A DNA stretch of 64,000 bases from the NCBI GenBank assembly GCA_951406725.2, contig OX597817.1, positions 133,300,001 through 133,364,000 on the forward strand, written 5' to 3'. Positions 54,940-64,000 of the stretch are shown here, piece by piece (the first letter of the stretch is position 1; each line of letters begins with the position of its first letter). The translations under genes and the position numbers were made by a program. Source of the stretch: Octopus vulgaris. Taxonomy: Eukaryota. Under the pieces are notes generated by a model. It searched no databases, was not told the origin of the DNA, and saw only the letters and a program-made list of their open reading frames with translations.

Positions 54940-56082
54940 TAGCGTTCATGTGCGGCAGATGCACAGGGGCAATAAACACCACAGATGCTCAGAAAACAGA
55001 TTCCATCACACTCCAGGGGAAGAAACTAGAAGTAGTTGATAGCTTCCACTACCTAGGTGACCAAGTTAATAGTTGGGGTGGATGCTCAGAGTGTGTTACC
55101 ACTAGAATAAGAATAGCCTGGGCAAACTTTAGAAAGCTTCTACCTCTACTGGTGACAAAGGGCCTCTCGCTCAGAGAGAAAGGTAGATTGTACGAAGCAT
55201 ATGTGCAAACTGCTATGCTTCACGGCAGTGAAACATGGGCAGTTACTGCGGAGGACATGCGTAGGCTTGAAAGAAATGAAGCTAGCATGATCCGCTGGAT
55301 GTGTAATGTCAGTGTGCACACACAACAGAGTGTAAGTGCCCTGAGAGAAAAGTTGGACATAAGAAGCAAAGGATGTGGCATGCCAGAGAGGCGTTTGCAC
55401 TGGTATGGTCATGTACTATGGATGAATGAGGAGGGATGTGTGAAGAAGTGCCACTCCCAAACAGTTGAAGGAATCCAGAGTAGATGTAGATGTAGAAAGA
55501 TATGGGATGAGGTGGTCAAGCATGACCTTTGAACGTTGGGCCTCACAGAGGCAATGACAAAAGACCATGACCTCTAGAGATATGCTGTGACTGCGAAGAC
55601 CCAGCAAATAAAGTGAGTTCATGGCTGTTTCCAGCACCAGCTTCACATAGAAACCCCAGCCCATCCAAAGTGCCTTGGATCGCAGAATGGCCTACTGTGC
55701 TTACCTTGGATTGTAGGGCAACCTGCTGTACTTGAGGAGACCTACTGAGTCAAGTACATCAACATCAAAAAATCAAATGGAAATTGTAGGTGTAAAAAGC
55801 ACCATCAGAACGTGGTCGATGCCAGTGCAGCATTGACTGGCTTCCGTGCCGGTGGCATGTAAAAAGCACCAACCGATCGTGGCTTTTGCCAGCCTCCCCT
55901 GGCACCTGTGCCAGTGGCACATAAAAAGCACCCACTACACTCACGGAGTGGTTGGAGTTAGGAAGAGCATCCAGCTGTAGAAACACTGCCAGATCAGACT
56001 GGAGCCTGGTGCAGCCTCCTGGCTTCCCCATCCAACCCATGCTAGCATGCGAAATGGACATTAAACGATGATGATGATGATG
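54940..56082 (+). mobile_element. 5'-truncated RTE-clade LINE with 3' UTR and (GAT)n tail
   Basis: ORF 54948-55532 LEVVDSFHYLGD..RIRIAWANFRKLLPLL..MLHGSETW..RRLHWYGHV; ends GGACATTAAACGATGATGATG. Confidence 0.9.
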
Positions 56083-57400
56083 ATATATATATATAAACTA
56101 GCTAACATTTTAAAAGACATTCAAGAACACATCGCAATTTTGTTAATAAAAATCAGTCAGAAGTATTTCATTCAATTTTTATACATTTCACTTCATATAT
56201 TCTTAAAAATATCAATAATATTTGTATTTATCCCTATAAATATTAAAAGATTGCCTCATATAATTCTATGTTTACTCTGAAATGAAAAGAAATATTATAA
56301 AGAAATTATGGATTTTTTTGCAAAATTTATCGATACAAGGTAAATTCACAATGTACATTCAATTGACAACATTTTGCAATGAGTATATCACACACATATA
56401 AATGAAACCTTGAACATGTTCATATATAGAATCTATTTCATATATAAAAATACATAGAAACAAATATATATGTTTTCAAATATACCTGACACTTTATAAT
56501 GGGTTAACATTAAAAAGTTCTTAGCATTCATAAATGCTCCTGGCAATAAATCCCCAATGACCACAGATGTGTATAATTGACTTTAAATATCAATATACAT
56601 ATCTGCATATCTAAAAGTTATTCCTCCAATCAGTTAAACAAATTCAAAACATTTGTTTTGATTTTGTACAGTTAACAAGCATTTTCTTCATTGTAAAGGG
56701 TTACAGGTTTTTAAAAATCATTTGAGTATATGCTGACTAATTAGATTTATAGGGTGTATACACTATTGTTGAGGCCACAGGTGAAGTGTAAGCTTTTATT
56801 CATTTACTGTTTGATTGGTTTCAGTCATTGACCTTTGCCTATGGTGAGGACAAGCACTAAAAGTTACAGTCAATTTCCTTAACACAGATCTTACTTTATT
56901 GACTGGTACACAATTAATCAATCTTAGAAGGGTGAAAAACAAAGCAGAATAGTGAAAAATTGGAAAACAGTATATAAGGAGGTTTTGTTAATTGCTTTGA
57001 AGATTCTGACATCTACCAACTGTGTGTGTGTGTGTGTGTAACTGAACACTGTACACTAGAACATAAAATGCTTATGACACAGGGTTTTGTTTCAAAAGAG
57101 ACAAAATCTTGCACATTCTTGTGATAAATGTATATATCAACATCATTAATATCATAATCATTTTCATGTCTATTTTTTTTCATGCTTGCATGGGTCTGAT
57201 GGTATTTCCTGAGGCATCTTTTCTACAGCTGGATGCTCTTTCTCACTTTTTTTTTCAGGCAAAGTAATTCTTCCACTTAGCCATACATGTTTATGCAGAC
57301 TGGAAACAAAAGACATGAATTTTATGGCTGACATTCTTTTATAACTTTAATACAATGTAAAGACATGACAGACACAAATACCCACACACACATCTATCTA

Positions 57401-57490
<90 letters not shown>

Positions 57491-57637
57491 CATTTGTTTC
57501 TGCCTCTCCATTTACATATATGTATATGTGTGTATGACAGATTTCTTTCTTTCTGGTTCCATCTTTCAAGTCTACTCACAAGTCTTTGTTCAGTCTAGGA
57601 CAAATTCGAAGAAGCTTGTCCAAGGTGGCAAGCATAA

Positions 57638-57834
57638 ACTTGTTACCAGTTCAAAACATGCTTGAGACTTATTTAAACTCATAAGAAAGCCAATCACTGT
57701 ATTTTTTTCATGGAGAAAATTTCTCAGAGTACCCAGCTGTCTACACTGAGAAAATTTTCTTCATGACAAAGTACAGTGAATGACTTTCTTACAATTTCAA
57801 ATATGCCTCAAACATATTAGAACTGACAACAAGT
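57638..57834. repeat. About 200-bp degenerate foldback in the Shal intron
   Basis: TCATGGAGAAAATTTCTCAG / CTGAGAAAATTTTCTTCATGA inner stem; outer ACTTGTT..CAGTTC / GAACTGACAACAAGT. Confidence 0.8.
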
Positions 57835-57865
57835 GTGAGTGCTTACATATAAATATATATTATAC

Positions 57866-57908
<43 letters not shown>

Positions 57909-57995
57909 GTGAGTGGATAAACAAAAGAAGGGCACTCAACTAATTTATTGGGAGTTGCTTGTATTTGAAGCAAATTTGAATCAAACCGTTTTGAT

Positions 57996-58052
<57 letters not shown>

Positions 58053-59070
58053 CATGCAAACACACACACACACACGGAAAGAGGCAGATATGAATATATG
58101 TACAGAAGTAGACCAAACGTTGATAATCTACAAGAAAATTTTAACTCAACAACAGAATTGTACATCTATTTGTACACACCAAGTGTGCATGTGTGTGTGT
58201 GTGTGTGCATGCATTCTCACACATGCATATATCTATATCCCCTGGAAAGACTTGGATGTTATTGCCAAAGGACTAGTAAAAACAATTATGCCATTGACAT
58301 CAAAGACCTACCAACAGAAAGAAGGGCCATAAATGAAAAGAAGATCCCAACACCAACAGATATAGAAGAATGTCAATGAAGCATAATTGCAGTTTTGCTC
58401 AATGGTCAGTGAAGCATAAAACTTAACTTGCAACAAAAAAATTCAGTTTAGAAGACTAATTGTTTAAGCAGAAATCACATAGAAGTATGTGTATTTGAGC
58501 ATATGTGTGTATATGTGTCGGTGTATGTACACATGTGTGTGTGCACATGTGTATGAATGTGTGTTTCTACTTTAATGTCTAATTGATTTCTAAACATTTT
58601 CCCATCGGAAGCATATCTTACAGGCTCTTGAGCTTAGAGTACACTAAATATAGTTTAGTCAACATTTCAGCATTGATAATATAGCAAGCACTACGTAAAC
58701 TAGTATGCATATCCAACATGCATAGAATTCTTTATTTTCTTTTAGTCATCACAAATTCTATCTGAGATAATTAATTTTATAATTGGAAATTTGGTAAATT
58801 ATGTTCTTTTCAGCATAAATGTAATGTGAAAGCATTCATTTACATCTGTTTTTCCTCTATGAGATACAGTGGTATTGTCAATGACTAGGTTGCAGAAGTG
58901 CAATGAAATTTTACGGTACTTCACTCTGTATTATTGTATGAAGAGAATTATAAGAAAAATTTTTAATGATTGGATTTTTGTCTTTTTTTCAGGACTAAAA
59001 TGTGTAATTTTATACATATAATTATATATATTCTGAAACAATTACATCATAGAAAAGTTATGATATACAT

Positions 59071-59104
<34 letters not shown>

Positions 59105-59459
59105 CCATCATTTTAGCATCCACTTGACCATGCTTGTATGGGTTAGATGGAATTTCATCCAGTCACCAACTTGCACTTGTTTCCAAACAAGTTATAACTT
59201 TCTCTTATGGCTGGATATGATTTCACAGAAGACAGAAAATGAACAACTCATCTAGAATGACAGTAACACTTATAGAAGTTAAAACAATGATGAAATGAAG
59301 AATGACACATACCATAGGCTTTCATGCATTAGTTGGCAGTAAAAGATACTCGCCCCAGATGTTACACAGTAGGGCTGAACCTGAGATCAAGTTTTGAAAT
59401 GAATTTCTTAGTCACAAAGCCTGCCTACACCTATATACATACATACATATATACATACA

Positions 59460-59511
<52 letters not shown>

Positions 59512-59603
59512 CCTGCGCTGATGAGAGAAGAAGTTTGGATAAGGTAGAATTATCTAATTCTTATGCTTTCCTAAGACTTGATCTTGAAACGTACGTCCGT
59601 AGG
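59512..59603 (+). ncRNA. Type I hammerhead ribozyme, copy 1
   Basis: Stem I CCTGCG/CGTAGG; CTGATGA; long stem II GAGA..TCTT (G-U at its base); GAAAC-GTAC-GTC; predicted cleavage after C59597. Confidence 0.8.
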
Positions 59604-60097
59604 TGACTTAAAACTGTATGATAGATTGCCGTTATTTCATTCTCTCATACCTGTTTGTGTTTGCCTTTCAAATGCTGTGTTTTTACTGAGATCTCCCTTT
59701 TAGTAGAAGAAATAGCTATAATCTCTTTGACTGCTATTTCTAAATTCGGTGTGCGGTAAGGCAATTCGTTGCTAAACCCTTAATTGCTTAGTATTACTTA
59801 AATTTTCCTCGAATGAGGCTTTTACATGCCGAAGACTACTTGGTGTAATTGATAATTATTCCAAATTAATTAATTTCACCCTTCATTGTTACTGATAACC
59901 ATATTCATCCCAGTAAATGACCACAGCACTTTGTCTTGGCTACACGCGGGTGGGAAGGGGCTGGTGACACAAACTTTCATTCACACTTTGAATTTGGTGA
60001 TACTAGTTGTGGCTTCTAGCTCGCTCTGATACTGAGTTGAGTTGGTGCCTTCTAGTATCTCAAAATTCAATATACAATCATTCATGATTGTTTGTAT

Positions 60098-60189
60098 CCT
60101 GCGCTGATGAGAGAAGAAGTTTGGATAAGGTAGAATTATCTAATTCTTATGCTTTCCTAAGACTTGATCTCGAAACGTACGTCCGTAGG
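60098..60189 (+). ncRNA. Type I hammerhead ribozyme, copy 2 (canonical core)
   Basis: Stem I CCTGCG/CGTAGG; CTGATGA; stem II GAGA..TCTC; GAAAC-GTAC-GTC; predicted cleavage after C60183. Confidence 0.85.
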
Positions 60190-60574
60190 TGACTTAAAAC
60201 TGTATGATAGATTGCCGTTATTTCATTCTCTCTTACCTGTTTGTGTTTGCCTTTCAAATGCTGTGTTTTTACTGAGATCTCCCTTTTAGTAGAAGAAATA
60301 GCTGTAATCTCTTTGACTGCTATTTCTAAATTCGGTGTGCGGTAAGGCAATTCGTTGCTAAACCCTTAATTGCTTAGTATATATATATATAGACATATAT
60401 ATATATAGAGACAACCCCACTAGAATGGGAGAAAGCGCTAATATATGATCTAAGATATATGATGTATATAAACATGTAATATACAAATAAATATCTGTAA
60501 ATATAAAACCATCCGAATTTCTGAGTACCTCATTTCTTCTAATATATATATATATGTATATATGTATATATGTG

Positions 60575-60656
<82 letters not shown>

Positions 60657-60660
60657 TAAT

Positions 60661-63165
<2,505 letters not shown>

Positions 63166-63482
63166 ATCATGTTAATACTAGTAAACCTCATTAATATATA
63201 GGGATAATTGATGCCTAGTTTTTAATGTTTTTAATATATTTAATGTCTGTATTTTTATATTGTATATTTTTGGTATGTAGATATATGTATGTGTGTATTT
63301 GTATGTAGGTATATGTGTATATGTGTATATGTGTATGTATAAATATATATATACGCACATACACACACACACATACATATATATCTATGTGTGAATATAT
63401 ATATGTATATGTGGCTGTCCTGTAGATATGTATATGTATGTGTATCTGTACGTGTGTGTTTATATATATATACGGATATATG

Positions 63483-64000
63483 TATCATCATCATTTAATG
63501 TCCGCTTTCCATGCTGGCATGGGTTGGATGGTTTGACTGAAGACTGGTGAGCCAGAAGGCTGCACCAGGCTCAATCTGATCTGGCAAAGTTTCTACAGCT
63601 GATGCCCTTCCTAACACCAACCACCCCAACAGTGTAGTGGATGATTTTACGTGCTACCAACACAAGGGCCAGTATGTATATATATCATCCTCCTCATCAT
63701 CATCATCGTTTAACGTAAGCTTTCCATGCTAGTATGGGTTGGACGATTTTGACTGAGGGCTGGTGAACAAGATGGCTGCACCAAGCTCCAGTCTTGATTT
63801 GGCAGAGTTTCTACAGCTGGATGCCCTTCCTAACGCCAACCACTCCGAGAGTGTAGTGGGTGCCTTTTACATGCCACCAGCACGGGGGCCAGTCAGTCGG
63901 TACTGGCAATGACCTCGCTCGAATCTTTTTATACATGCCACCAGCACAGGTGCCAGAAGGCAACTTTGGTAATGATCACACTCGAATGGTGCCCTTTTAC
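63483..64000 (-). mobile_element. Two tandem RTE 3'-UTR-derived repeats (63483-63675; 63690 to window end)
   Basis: (CAT)n followed by TTTAA(T/C)GT..TTTCCATGCT.GCATGGGTTGGA; reverse complement of the 55800-56082 UTR. Confidence 0.8.

Larger units (their letters stand above)
59507..60380 (+). mobile_element. Non-coding element with two 288-bp direct repeats, each bearing a hammerhead ribozyme (retrozyme/pLTR-like)
   Basis: Repeats 59507-59794 and 60093-60380 (offset 586, 3 mismatches), a 298-bp spacer, and (TA)n on both sides. Confidence 0.85.

Overview
Eukaryotic, very AT-rich DNA dense in microsatellites. The SINE/LINE repertoire and simple-repeat content point to an octopus (coleoid cephalopod) genome; this is an inference. 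Almost all ORFs in the track are microsatellite artefacts. The one host coding segment I recognise is a minus-strand terminal exon (52592-52311) of a Shal/Kv4 (KCND) voltage-gated K+ channel, ending ...SRSSLNA...VTTAIVTLP...NIVKISTL*, so 52.6-64 kb is intron. The flanks (1-15.9 kb, 54-64 kb) are packed with decayed mobile elements: a pogo-like DNA transposon, R4/Dong and HERO-like RLE retrotransposons, RTE LINEs, Helitron/Helentron derivatives, tRNA-derived SINEs and a Penelope-like RT/GIY-YIG relic. The 16-52 kb stretch is nearly free of young elements. The most striking signal is a young non-coding element at 59507-60380: two 288-bp direct repeats (3 mismatches), each carrying a type I hammerhead ribozyme, flanking a self-complementary spacer. 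It predicts a 586-nt self-excised, possibly circular, retrozyme-like RNA. Two further families of minimal hammerhead motifs, several unrelated 190-280-bp foldbacks, and a possible distal alternative 3' exon of Shal are also reported. All alignments and structures were read by eye; no searches or folding were run.
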